Shown here: positions 54,201 to 64,000 of the stretch, piece after piece
How the letters are laid out: each line of letters begins with the position of its first letter
How positions within the stretch are numbered: the first letter of the stretch is position 1
Assembly: GCF_964204645.1 (NCBI RefSeq)
Contig: NC_134030.1
Location: 9,203,222-9,267,221, forward strand
Origin: Tubulanus polymorphus
Lineage: Eukaryota; Animalia; Nemertea
Length of the DNA: 64,000 bases
Reading direction: 5' to 3'
The notes under the pieces: generated by a model
Database searches by the model: none
What the model was told of the DNA's origin: nothing
What the model saw: only the letters and a program-made list of their open reading frames with translations
Program-made: the position numbers and the translations under genes

Positions 54201-57200
54201 TACTGATTACCAAGTTTTTTGGTGCTTTTATCTGTAATCATGAGTGACTGCCCGACTTTTTTAACTGCTATTTTGGTAGGTTCTTTGTTTAGATCACCTC
54301 GATAGCAGCAGCAGCAGCAGCAGCACCACCACCACCACCCCCCCCCCCCCACCACCACCACCACCACCCCCCCACCACCACCACCAGCAACAGCAGCTGC
54401 CTCTGGTTTATTACGCTTACAAATAAAACTGTATCAACAGCCAGTTCTCAACAACCAGTTCTCAGTGGTGAAGACATTATGTGTAAGATAACATAGGTGC
54501 AAATTACGCAACCTATCACATAAAACAATAATTTTGCAATACCAACTGCAGAATGTTGTCAATATGGGTTTTCCAGTGCAAATGCATATATAGGGTGTCA
54601 TGAGCTATTAGTTGTAAACTGAGAAATTAGGCTTTAAACACACAAGTTTCGATCGCCAGGACCAGGTTCCACAGGTGTGAGCTAAGATCTGACCCAGAGT
54701 TTGAAAATGAACTAATTGTAACTCAAGAATTTATTCTGGACCAGGACTCAATAGATATTGGAGCAAAAATTCAGCATTTGGGAGAGGGGGAATTCTGAAT
54801 ATTGTAAGTAACAAATTTGATGCGCGTAAAATAAGCTAGATGGTACAAAAGAATTGATAATCAAGCCCTGCAGAGTGTCAGTATAATAGATTATGAGAAA
54901 GACACGCAACTCCTTTCGCGATCTAGAACTTTCATCATATACAGTCGACATCATACTGGAATAGAACTGAAGTTCAGACAAAGCGGCGAACAACCAGACC
55001 TGAAATCCGAGTATTTCTTCAATTGCTCGATTCTGCAATTTTAAACACCTCTCTGTAGCGCCATAAGATGCGATTCGAAACGCGTGTAGGTAGGTGTTCT
55101 CGAGCATTAGTCAGGTAGCTGGAATTTGCAGTACATCGATACAAAGTATAGCTTCGCAAATTTCATCGCACCTACAATAACAGAAATTCCCACGAATTTC
55201 AAGGATCGGTTTCAAAGTTCTTCGTCGATAAATTCGACTCCGTATCTACATCAGTTCATTTCTTATAACATGGTCCCTACAGATCAGTCATTCCCGGATG
55301 TGCAGAGTATTCAAGGAGTTTTAAAGGAGAAAATTTCAAATTTCCAGGAAGCGTCTGCATCACTGAATTGGTTGAGGTTATTAAATCACAATCGTGAAGT
55401 CTAACTGTACTGACGTTTCGTGACCCATCAGGACACTTTATCAAAGCTGAATGACGTTGTCATTCAATAGACCACCAACTGGCGTGGTGGTCAACTGCTC
55501 GGTCCAGATGTGACTGAGCTCGTTACCCCCCCCCCCCCCTCGCCTCTGTTGATGTTAGGGGTCTTTCGGATCCAGATGGCTTCCTTGATCCACCAAATCA
55601 GTTTGCAGTGGATTGCTTTCGAGTCTAACCATCTGCATCACTTACATATCACAATCACAGTGTTTAACTAATCATCTCATTCCGGGGTTTTGTAAGCACA
55701 TTCTTATCCTATTCACTACCTAAACTTGCTTTCTAATTTCATAAACGCCTAACTTGGTAGAAAAATCCTGGCACCGATTTCTAGGCGTAGTGTACAACTA
55801 CAAACTAGACAATCATTACTAATTGCTTATTTCCCAAAATTGAAGGAGTTTCGGACATTTCGATTGAATTAAAGCAGTTTCAAGCTCCTTTCAGAGCATT
55901 TTCCATTTATGAGGAGGTTTCAAGGAATCGAGGAGTCATAGGGACCCTGAATAAGTCAGCTTTACGGAGCTAAAAATCTCGGTAACCGGGTACGAAAGAA
56001 TACAAAAAAAAATTTCGTTAATTTCAATTCGATTTGACATTTTCGACGGCGATGAATGGAATCGGCTTAGACGATATTTCCTCTAGCGATCTGGGATGAC
56101 AAAACGTTGCCGGAAATGTCACGACTTTGTCAACCTTGTATTTCTCCGAGGAATGATTAGAACGCTTGTACGACAGATAATCAATACATCAATTGCAAAC
56201 AAAATTCAGCACGCGATCAGCCGATCCGCGATCAAACGAAATTCTGCAGCGTCAAGCGTTATCGTGGGTAAGTAACGGCGTAGAACTGGATTCTAGACGA
56301 CCAGGTCGGATTCTGGCCGACCAGGTCTACATCCCGGAGGCGAGGTATATACAACCTTTAATGCTGACGGACCAGTTACACAGCAACGGCTATGATCTAA
56401 CACCGGTCTAAGACAACTTTAGTTCAATCTAACAAATTTAGAATGGCAGTCATAATATTTCAAAAAATTAAAATTAAAATTTTATAAACCTTTGGACTTG
56501 AGTCACAACAGTGCAACTGGGCCCAGAGAAAATCATTATGGCGAGTAAAGTCATGGTGTAGACCTGGATTCTGGACCACCAGGGCCAGTTGTACAGTCAT
56601 GGCTTAGACTTAAGACCAGTCCATAAGACCATCCTTATTCTATAGCCAATCTAACAGTCTTAAGATTCAAGACCACTTAAGACTTAAGTCATGACTGTGC
56701 AATTGGCCCCAGGAAATGGATATTTAGGATGATCATGAATATCATTATGGCGAGTAAAGTAATGGTGTAGACCTGGATTCTGGACCGGATCTACATCCCA
56801 GAGGCAAGGTATTCACAATCCTCTCTATACCAAGGGATCAGTTATACAGTAACAGCTAAGATCTTAGACCTATCTTAGACTGTCTTCTTAGTTCTTTAGC
56901 CAATCTAAAAACTAAAGAATCACAGTCTTAAGTTTTCAGAAAACTTGTGACACAATGACGCAACTGGGCACTGGAGAAAATGTACATCGGGTCGCGATCT
57001 TCTCGCGTTGTGCCTAAGCCATCTAATTGAGTTTTACTAATCGAGTTTTAACAGTTCAAATGTCAAATTTAGGTCGACATCATTGGATAGCTTCGAAAAT
57101 GCTGGCTTAAGCGATAGTAGTAGTCGCCGGCTGAAATTTATTCTGTTTGGCGACGAACGCAAACTTAACCATCATCGTAGATATATCTTATCTGACATCT

Positions 57201-60200
57201 TCGGCGAATCAAATCGATCCGCGCGTCGAAGGAATCATTAATTGATCGGGACGAATCCGACAACATTCCCGACATACTGACTCGTCTTAATTGAACCCAT
57301 ACACGAAAATCTAATTTGACACTTGTGTTCAATCGACGATGTCGGAGAGGAGCGCTCGAACGAATAGGAAATGATGATCGCGACTATCTAAGGCAAACTA
57401 ATTGATGACCTGTTAAAACCAGTTCAATAAGACTCAAACCATCGGTCAATTATCGATCGTTTAGGCGAGCGGAGTTCGATTTCTTACACACACGGCAGAA
57501 TTCTTATTCCCGGGATGATGACGTTTAATTCCTGAATGGTGCATTAGCCATGAATCGGTGGCCAGGGCCGATGATGATGGCTGAGGGAATACGTCTAAAC
57601 GGCCAGATTTTGATATTTAACCCCTTAATGTCTACTATCATAGATGAATGCAAACATAATGCGTTGAAACAATTGCAAGAACTACTATCATTTCCAGATA
57701 AATTTCCAGAACGCCTAGATGCAAATATCGTCTTTTCTAGGAAAGAAATAGTAAACACCATTGTTCTTGCGTGAAAACAGCAACAAATCAGCGTACTCAA
57801 CCAGAGGTTTTAGATGGTGACCATCACTGTCCACAGTAGTAAGTTTATGTGATGGATAGCAGCAAATTCTACCAAAAACACATGCTCAATTTTCAATATA
57901 TTGGAAAATAAAAGCTTTGTGACTAGCATCTGGCATCGACAATGTCGCTAATAAAGAATGAATGTAGCCCCTCTAAAAATCAGCATTAAGAAGAACACAA
58001 CAAGACCAAATACATTCATGTCAAATCTTTCATCGATCACCCCGCCAGAGGCCACTCAGGAATTCAAAGAATCATCCCCTGATTAAGGGGGCAGAGGGCA
58101 GAGAAGAAACCTTCAACCAAGAACCTCAAACCACCACCAGGGTTTCGAACCCAAGAACCCGGGAATGCTGACCTTTAACGGCTCAGCCAATACACCTCGT
58201 TATTTACCCTTTAAGTGTGTCTACACCACAGTGCAGTGTATACATCAGTGATGGACTTTGCTAGTACACCGCATCAGGGTGTATTGGTGTTAATAGTAAC
58301 TAGTTTTTTTCGCTAATGAAAGATGGCAGCACCTGTCAAACATAGTGGAGGAATATTTGTCACTAGCAATACATAGCGATACACCGCGCCACGGTGTAGA
58401 TACATTAAAGTGATGTGTCTGTGATTTAGAACACTGGGGAGGGATTTTCTTTAAATTTCAAATCTCCAGCACTTTTGGATATTTTTTTAGTCAACACTGA
58501 AAGGGATTTGTTTTTAAAAATCTAAATTAGTCCTTCTAATTCTGATTTATACCTTTATGTTATTACAATATAATACAATAACGTTTAGAACGAATATTAC
58601 ATCTGTTACAAAAGCTTGCAAAAAATTTAACGATCAACATCGAAGCAAAAACAAAAGCAGCCACAAATATTATACACATATAGACGAACATTCATTGTGA
58701 CAACGATGATTATGTGCTTACCGTGACTTGAATCTGGCGATGTGAAGCGTGTTAAAATGATACAGGAAAATAGAAATATCTTTACGCGAATCGAATAATG
58801 GAAATATCCAGACGACGTTTATTTATTGATTATCTCGATTTTTAAGAAACCGATTACGACGAGGCACGACTGTATAAATCGTAAAATATGAAGTACGTAA
58901 ACATGTTCGCACGGAATTCGTCGCCGAAATCGATGACAACAGCTTGCGCGTACGCGATGGCTGTAATCAACGGTTGTACGGGTGTATAACGTCTCATAAC
59001 TGGGCCGATTATCGGTGATCTTAAAAACTGCTCCGATGACTTAGTAATCATCAGCGACGACATCTCGTAGAGAAATTCGATTTCTCGCTATAAGACTTGA
59101 TGATTTCAATGCTCGCGAGTTTTTGTCGATCGCTTCACAAGCAATCCGCGTACTTAATATTAATAATTCTTGTGGAGTGCTTTAATTTGACGCCACAAAG
59201 AGATCCAGCAACTCAGAAGAGCTGCATATTGTTCTTGAATACGGGGAAAGGGGAAGCCCTTAAATCTGCACAGTTTTCTTCATAAGCCGCAATCACGTGG
59301 AGACGGTTCGACCCTTGGCTCAGGCCTTGTCTGACATTTTTGCTCGCGTCAAACAGGCACGACCCCTTTGGCACCGGTGTGAATGGTTTTTCCAAGCCTA
59401 ATTTGGCACGGGCCAAAAACGCTAGTGTGATCGCGCCTATTCGCATTTATCTTAATAATGCATCGATACGTGTCCGTGGGTGATATGCTACCATGACCAT
59501 GGACTCCCCGAGTTAGACTCTATCCATGCACTTGCCGCAATTCAAAATTTTGTATTTTCATTGAGGTTTCAATTTTTAAAAGTAATCATTCAAGTCAAGA
59601 AATAGGCTACTGAATTGAAATTTATACGCACGTTGCTGATGAAAATTCGATCTACTATACGCGAAAGCCGATTTATTTGTCTGTCTCTGCTCTGTCAGTC
59701 GATCTACTCAGACTCCGCCAGCAGCAGCGCGTTGAACTGGGTTAATTATCCAATTTGTCGGTTGTCAACTTTTCTTTCAATTTATAGAAATCACGCAGAC
59801 AACGCGACACAGGCCTAGTCAGTTTAATCACTAGAATCTAACCATTTCAGTGTGTCTACACCGCAGTGCGGCGTACTAATGGCTGATAGATTTAGCTAGT
59901 ACACTGCACTGTGACGTATTGATATAATTACTAATTAGTTATTATCTCTAATGAAAGATGGCAGTACCTGTCAAATGAGGTTAAATATGAATAACTAATG
60001 ATACACCGTAGAGCAGTGTAGATGCATTATAGCGGTATGCCTACTATAAGATGCACTGGGGTGTATTTTCTAAATTTTCAAATAATTTCCCAGCTCCTTA
60101 GGGTATTAATTAGTCAGTACTGAACGCGTTAAAGCGTTTCAAAAATGCCATTAGCAGCGTGGGCATTTTCTAGGTCTATACGTGAGTTGACACACCCACA

Positions 60201-63200
60201 GATCAAAATCCATTACCCAAAATCCCAGGATCCGAGGTCATTTCTGACCTACTGCTGTAACAAATGTCGCAGGCACAATGCCAAAGTTTATTCCACTAAA
60301 AATTTTGGTAAATCGAAATTTCTCGATATTTTCCTTGGCTTACCCCCTTTCACCTTCAAGAGGGTGGTCATAAAAAAACTACTCATGCGAAATCAGAACT
60401 TTCATTTTTCAGTTTTTTTAGGGTATTGAATTTCCTGATGCCGAGTTGAGATATTCCAGGGCCGGTTCCATAGTCATGGCTTAGACTTAAGCCAGTCTAA
60501 GACTATCTTAGTTATATAGCTTATCTAACAGCTCAAGACCAGTCTTAAGATTTAAAACGACTTTTGGACTTAAGTCCCAACTATGGAACCGCCACTAGAG
60601 CGTAAGTTCTACAATTTCATAGTGCTCTCAGAGTGCTGAAACCCGTTCTCCTGAAACAAAGTAAATTGAGTAATTCGGCTCGCTACTTTAAACGGAAGCG
60701 ACTGAGCCTGCTTAAAACGTCAGCGCAGCTGAGGTAACAATTCGATCTCTCGATACCCTCGCGGCGGCGCTAATTAAACAGTATATTCTCACTTGCAGCG
60801 AACAAGAGACGAGGGAGTCCACCATCGACCCATATGATTTATTGATGATTAATAGTGGGTGGATGCGCGGTGATTAATAAAACCGTTCCGGAAAATGTGT
60901 GTGCTCTCATTCGCGCTCCTGATAGATGAGTAAACGAGAAAAATGTTTCGTAATGCTCTCTCTCGCCCTCCCTCTCTCTCACACACTCTCTCTCTGCTTT
61001 GATAATAGCACGATCTATCACACCCCCGCCCAGCAGTTCGTCTGTGCACATACACAGACCAGCTGTCGTATCGAAGTGAGTTTAGCTCACAACAATCAAT
61101 TAGATATCGACCAGTCATCGAACATCTAGTGAGAATTGTATACACGCAGCATGATATTTTTACGCCATTTCACTATATTCTAAATTAAATTCTAAAGATA
61201 AGGGCGGCCGTGTTTTTTTCCGGTCGATAAGAGCGCATGCACCTGTAGCGATCAAATCGAAGTTCCCAGTGGCGTTGGAACCGTAGCGACTGCAACAATT
61301 TACTGGATGACATTGTTTTTCTTTCTCTATGACGAAATTGAAGTACACAATAAAAGTAATAAGAAAAACGTGTCAAAAATTGGCCGCGGCATTCAAAAAT
61401 TGCTTCCAATGCACCTGGTTCCAACAGCGTACGCACCACTTATAGTGGAAGAGTTAACATTACATATTATGAAAATCCCACAATATATAAGAAAAAAAAA
61501 AGACCAAAAATGTTTCCTTAAGCTGGTTGTTTTATTCAACGTTTCGACTATAAACCAACAGTGGTCTTCAGGAATACTGAGATACAACAGAAATTGTGAA
61601 AAATATATACAATCCAGAACAAAGAGAAAGAACGAAGTCTCTTAGTTCTGGAACGTATATATTTTACACAATTTTTCTGTTGTATCGCAGTATTCCTGAA
61701 GGTGACTACCAGTTTATAAAGTCGAAACGTTGAATAAAACTACCAGCTTACGCAAACATTTCCTCATCAATGGTAAACATATCACATGATATCAACGAAG
61801 CATCCTATTGGTCGATAAAAATCAATCACTGGCAGATTCACAGGCGACCCGATTGCCGACGTAGATAATTGGTCGAAAATGTGTCAAACACGTTCGATAC
61901 GGGTGATTTTTCCATGCGATTGGGTCGGCCGAATATGTCGGTTGCCTGAGCACACGGACGGATTTTTAGGGCAATTCATGAATGTTGTTACGCGATTGGG
62001 CGAAAGAATATGCACGCGTGTCCCTACCTTTAGATATTAATAGGACCGCCGCATGTTTCGAGCTATTTTTCGGAAAAATTTCTCTCGAGATAGGAGAGAA
62101 AATGTTCTAGTTGATCAGAGCGATGATAAGAGCCACAGCAACATCTTTCATCAATCAAATCAGTATGTCTCGCGATAAAATGATGACAAAATATGGAAAA
62201 TCGCGAACGGTTGTCAGTTCCGATAGTCAACCATAGTCATAGATGATTAAATTAAGTCATTCGTGTTAACAGCTGCAAGTACGCTACATATCAACGCATA
62301 ACGGCAGACACTACGGTCCTTTTGAAAACACTAAGTCAATATCTAAAGCCGCCTGCACACTAACGAGTATTGCGTACCGAAAGTTCGTACGGATTTAGCG
62401 TAGAATGTACGAGCCAAAAAATGCGTTCCGACAAGGGAGCTGTGGCAAGCGTGTATGCATTGTACGAGCATATTCAGCTCATATCTGCAACATTTACAAG
62501 CCCCATTTCATAGGACTTGTAAACATTGCAGATACATCATGAATATAGTTGTTATGCATGCCGCACATTTGCCACAATTCTATCCCCCTTGTCGCGCTTA
62601 TTTGGATGCAAATGAATTCTTCGGTTGCTTTTACTTCTCCCCTTCGCGAAAATCCCGATTGCAAGGGTCTTGCACCAGGAGTATTTTCTATTAATTCTAG
62701 TAGGCCCATATTATGCAGAAAGTGAGAATCAATGACTTTCTTTTCCGAAATCGATATGCTAGCCGCTTTCATCAGTTTTTGTGTTATCATGCATATGCAT
62801 ATCAATGTCGAAAGCGCCGGAAAGTGCGCAGAATTCCCCGCACATCTGAGCGTACTTTGCGCCACGTCGAGAATTATCAAAAATGTTAGATACGTATCTG
62901 GCGACGGGCAAAATATGCTAGAAAATCACCCGCCACACACTCGATATTCGTACGGGAGCCTTGAAAAAAAACTACCGGTAAACTTCAACCCTACAGCCGT
63001 TTAAGCGTAATTCCAACAGATCAATCGAACCGTCATTAAATGAAGGAACGCACGACGTAAAATTGAATTAAATTTTACGCGCCACGAAATTCAATCATCA
63101 ATTCCTGAAACTCATCCATTTTCGTAACCGGCTCAACTCCCCGCGGATAGAAAAACAAGACTAGGAGACGATCGCGACACTGCACGTGCAAAATCGATTT

Positions 63201-63402
63201 TCGGAACACCGACGGGCTCAGAAGATTATCGCGAATTATCAAAACTGAAAAAAATTCTTGTTTTTATCGCGCGTCGACTTACCGGTCCGCGTAGTAGTTT
63301 GACATTTACGTCGCAATTAGTTAGTTCAACTTTAGTAGGCGTTTCCTGCGACACGAGAACCTGGAATGCCAGCTCTGATGAATCTATTATTCCGTGTATC
63401 AC
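15284..63402 (-). CDS. C2CD2L: C2CD2/C2CD2L (TMEM24)-like SMP + C2 domain phospholipid-transfer protein; N-terminus lies beyond the window end
   Basis: Phase-consistent exons 5'->3': 63402-63283 (VIHGIIDSSELAFQVLVSQETPTKVELTNCDVNVKLLRGP, SMP-like), 43837-43730, 43451-43296 (QQVEDMIRRYITAS), 39918-38818, 33257-33146 (DKRLLVKILKASGL), 32789-32681 (EPYCMVEMDDPVQKHSTSVVKNTVNPFWDEHFLF), 32599-32535, 31858-31734 (FLGMAVVSVDELCKNPSSRQIIPL..GNITVE), 30524-30353 (FLFME), 29601-29491, 28709-28630, [25701-25675], [25387-25370], 24070-about 24010, 22512-22345 (STLRKRFSRQKKPRSQSADR), [18906-18808], 16645-16532/16544 (SLKRLFKRRK), 15492-15284 (..STSSAV*). Bracketed exons are less certain. The symbol is a family-level assignment; C2CD2 vs C2CD2L cannot be resolved here. 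Confidence 0.85.
16883..16990. repeat. About 49-bp tandem repeat (2+ units)
   Basis: gtgaaatttgaccc..tgatat..aaagttcaactttt repeated. Confidence 0.75.
17386..17724. mobile_element. Foldback MITE with about 110-bp tRNA-like TIRs and a 9-bp TSD (MULE-like)
   Basis: TSD ttaacgcat at 17377-17385 and 17725-17733; termini catcctccc / gggaagatg. Each arm carries a Pol III B-box (ggttcgaatccc, ggttcgagtccc). Confidence 0.8.
21280..21622. repeat. Long imperfect palindrome made of two inverted Penelope-type hammerhead-like units
   Basis: Arms symmetric about 21450. Left arm (- strand) CTTGAAAAG GACTCG gatgaat CGAGTC GAAATC; degenerate mirror at 21512-21546. Confidence 0.7.
23668..23954. mobile_element. 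piggyBac-type MITE (TTAA TSD, ccctttcagtgc TIR)
   Basis: TTAA|ccctttcagtgc...gcactgaaaggg|TTAA. Other copies at about 30007-30251, 43470-43620 (partial), 58205-58505 and 59838-60131. Confidence 0.85.
24515..24690. repeat. About 170-bp imperfect palindrome with a hammerhead-like unit in each arm
   Basis: Symmetric about 24603. Consensus of the two arms: TTGATGAAG CTAC..GTAG CGAAAGTAC ..AATAAA. Confidence 0.6.
26820..28300 (+). mobile_element. Highly decayed non-LTR retrotransposon (APE endonuclease region)
   Basis: Broken-frame motifs in the expected order: LLETRFDS (approx. xETWLxx), RDSGGIGVLIHIK (approx. RxxxGGGVxxYxK), ELVLS..KDH (approx. LDLxxx..SDH). Many stops. Boundaries approximate. 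Confidence 0.45.
29036..29265. mobile_element. hAT-like MITE (cagggtggccact TIR, ttccctgac repeats)
   Basis: Inverted termini. Related copies at 41467-42082 and about 32030-32286. Confidence 0.7.
30353..33257 (-). CDS. C2CD2L: C2-domain exons of the C2CD2L-like gene (five exons)
   Basis: Exons 33257-33146, 32789-32681, 32599-32535, 31858-31734 and 30524-30353 join in phases 1, 2, 1, 0. They give a C2 fold: LLVKILKA..EPYC..NPFWDEHFLF..LIFEVFDR..FLG..GNITVEFLF. Confidence 0.92.
33485..33757. mobile_element. Copy of the tRNA-TIR foldback MITE
   Basis: cctggcagggattcgaacctgatgg...ccatcacgtttgaatccctgcctggggaggatg. Confidence 0.75.
35959..36440 (+). mobile_element. tRNA-derived SINE with CORE-like central box and (TAT)n tail
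   Basis: A-box tgggcgagtggttagagcg; B-box gggtttgaaacc; ccctgggcaagacact and ctccacccaggag..ggtacc central motifs; 3' (TAT/CAT)n tail at about 36285-36440. Confidence 0.75.
38818..39918 (-). CDS. 1101-nt phase 0-0 exon encoding a 367-aa low-complexity S/D/P-rich segment between the SMP and C2 domains
   Basis: Acceptor ctacccag|GAT at 39919/39918 after a long pyrimidine tract, with an in-frame stop just upstream. Donor ATT|gtgagt at 38818. The frame is open throughout and overlaps ORF 38671..39723. Confidence 0.75.
41540..41897. mobile_element. PIF/Harbinger-type MITE (TAA TSD, about 45-bp TIR) nested in the hAT-like MITE 41467-42082
   Basis: TAA|agcctagcacacatcgacactgcgattggagacaactagttgc...gcaactagttgtctccaatcgcagtgtcgatgtgcgctaggct|TAA. 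Partial copy at about 36973-37200. Confidence 0.88.
44349..44697. mobile_element. Harbinger-like MITE family (agccgcgatcacacg TIR, internal ttggcccgggccaaa palindromes)
   Basis: Inverted termini. Other copies at about 34490-34760, 38187-38495, 47188-47410 and 59284-59436. Confidence 0.8.
48481..48784. mobile_element. Copy of the tRNA-TIR foldback MITE with a 9-bp TSD; partial duplicate at about 45470-45700
   Basis: TSD ggtggctac at 48472-48480 and 48785-48793. Confidence 0.8.
50480..50745. repeat. Direct duplication of about 95 bp
   Basis: aaatagggatgc...aacattacga at about 50480-50570 and 50652-50742. Confidence 0.85.
50745..52600. mobile_element. Two decayed LINE endonuclease-region fragments in opposite orientation
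   Basis: + strand, about 50745-51560: IIGNF, SSFLNLICT, GH traces. - strand, about 51560-52600: VIDTWI and QLVI..RVTN-like traces. Frames are broken. Confidence 0.35.
54303..54395. repeat. Compound (CAG)n/(CAC)n/poly-C microsatellite
   Basis: Direct inspection. Confidence 0.9.
55405..55680 (-). mobile_element. 3' end of a Penelope-like element (GIY-YIG C-terminus plus hammerhead-like motif)
   Basis: - strand WIKEAIWIRKTPNINRGEGG..NELSHIWTEQL, the typical KEAxxI...NRDxG..LS..W tail of PLE GIY-YIG domains. It is followed by TTGATAAAG TGTCC tgat GGGTCA CGAAACGTC at 55444-55412. Confidence 0.8.
56260..56970. repeat. Tandem composite array of family-A MITEs with repeated flanks
   Basis: cattatggcgagtaaagt..ggtgtagacctggattctggacc at about 56534 and 56744, diverged at about 56263; units are interleaved with MITE copies. 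Confidence 0.7.
61508..61761. repeat. About 250-bp palindrome of two inverted minimal hammerhead-like units, each followed by AATAAA
   Basis: Left arm (- strand): CTGAAGA..TAGTC GAAACGTT gAATAAA. Right arm (+ strand): CTGAAGG TGAC..AGTC GAAACGTT gAATAAA. Symmetric about 61633. Confidence 0.75.
63283..63402 (-). CDS. C2CD2L: SMP-domain exon of the C2CD2L-like gene, upstream of a 19.4-kb intron
   Basis: ttccag|GTG...CCG|gtaagt, 120 nt, phase 0-0; joins LKSEVRLAQDEVHVFVKFEGAPEV at 43837. Confidence 0.82.
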
Positions 63403-63446
63403 CTGGAACGGGTAAAAACAGTTTCGACTGAACCAACGGATGAGAT

Positions 63447-63550
63447 AATAACTGGATGCATCATAGAAGTAAAGTCTGTACTATATCTTGTTGAAATAAT
63501 TGGATGCATCATAGAAGCAAAGTCTCTAATACAAGTTGCTGCAATAATTG
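63447..63550. repeat. About 49-bp tandem repeat (2 units)
   Basis: aataa(c/t)tggatgcatcatagaag(t/c)aaagtct repeated. Confidence 0.8.
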
Positions 63551-64000
63551 AGCTATTATTTTTAAAGTAATGTATGGCGTTCTAGCTTTGTAAAATGGTG
63601 TTCTTTGTTAACAGCAGTTAGCTGTTGCTATCATCTGAAGAATTTACAGAATCTTGAAAGTTTGCATAATACAGACCTACAAGTACACTGGATGAACTTT
63701 ATTATATTGACTTGAGGCTGTTAGCATGAAAAAATATGGCGGTAAAACTCTATCTTATCTTGAAATACAGATATTTAAGGTAGTTGAGTATAAAATTTGG
63801 GTCCCTTAAAGAGTTGTTTAAGAAAAAGTGGTCATCTGTCTACCATCAATTTTTAGGCGTATTGAATGAGACATAATTCTTGATATCAAGTAATGATACC
63901 ACTCTATATCTGCTGCGTTTTTTAAATGTACATGTAACAAGTTCAAATTCGGTGATGCGTAACCTGACACTCAAAAAATATTACAATTTTATAAAGCCTT

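Noticed and set aside
54185-54367. Poly-V/G/W/C ORF
   Set aside because: Compound microsatellite.
56260-56970. CRISPR-like repeat-spacer array
   Set aside because: Eukaryotic intron; the units are MITEs with duplicated flanks, not constant repeats with unique spacers.
58722-58733. 12-nt microexon IQVT (cag|...|gtaagc, - strand)
   Set aside because: Weak pyrimidine tract; such matches are expected by chance in a 19-kb intron.
63283-63305. ATG at 63305 as the C2CD2L-like start (MSNYYADR)
   Set aside because: It ends in phase 2 and hits a stop in the next exon; the phase 0 frame gives an SMP-like exon.

Overview
AT-rich, intron-rich animal DNA. It is probably lophotrochozoan, inferred only from the AChBP-like and ShKT gene content. 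Nearly all ORF-track entries are noise or exon fragments, so genes were rebuilt by hand from GT-AG splice sites and reading phase. Contents: (1) The last two exons of a multi-ShKT (ShK-toxin-fold) protein, + strand, ending at 1033 and absent from the ORF track. (2) A tandem pair of 6-exon genes (2294-4761 and 6954-9154, +). They encode secreted, transmembrane-less nicotinic receptor ligand-binding domains (AChBP-like, 253 and 252 aa, about 80% identical by hand count). Both keep the alpha-type loop C (YPCCEEIY) and nearly all of the aromatic box, have lost the first cysteine of the Cys-loop, and end in poly-acidic tails. The duplication also carried a now-frameshifted ShKT exon. (3) A large C2CD2/C2CD2L (TMEM24)-type SMP + C2 lipid-transfer gene on the - strand, from 15284 to beyond 64000. 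It has a 19.4-kb intron, a 367-aa disordered exon and candidate microexons. (4) Many MITE families, including one with tRNA-like TIRs and 9-bp TSDs, plus a tRNA SINE, decayed LINE pieces, a Penelope-like 3' end and several minimal hammerhead-like motifs. Three sets of these motifs form long palindromes, and one sits in intron 1 of the second AChBP-like gene. The most promising system is the ShKT plus Cys-loop-broken AChBP secreted-protein cluster.
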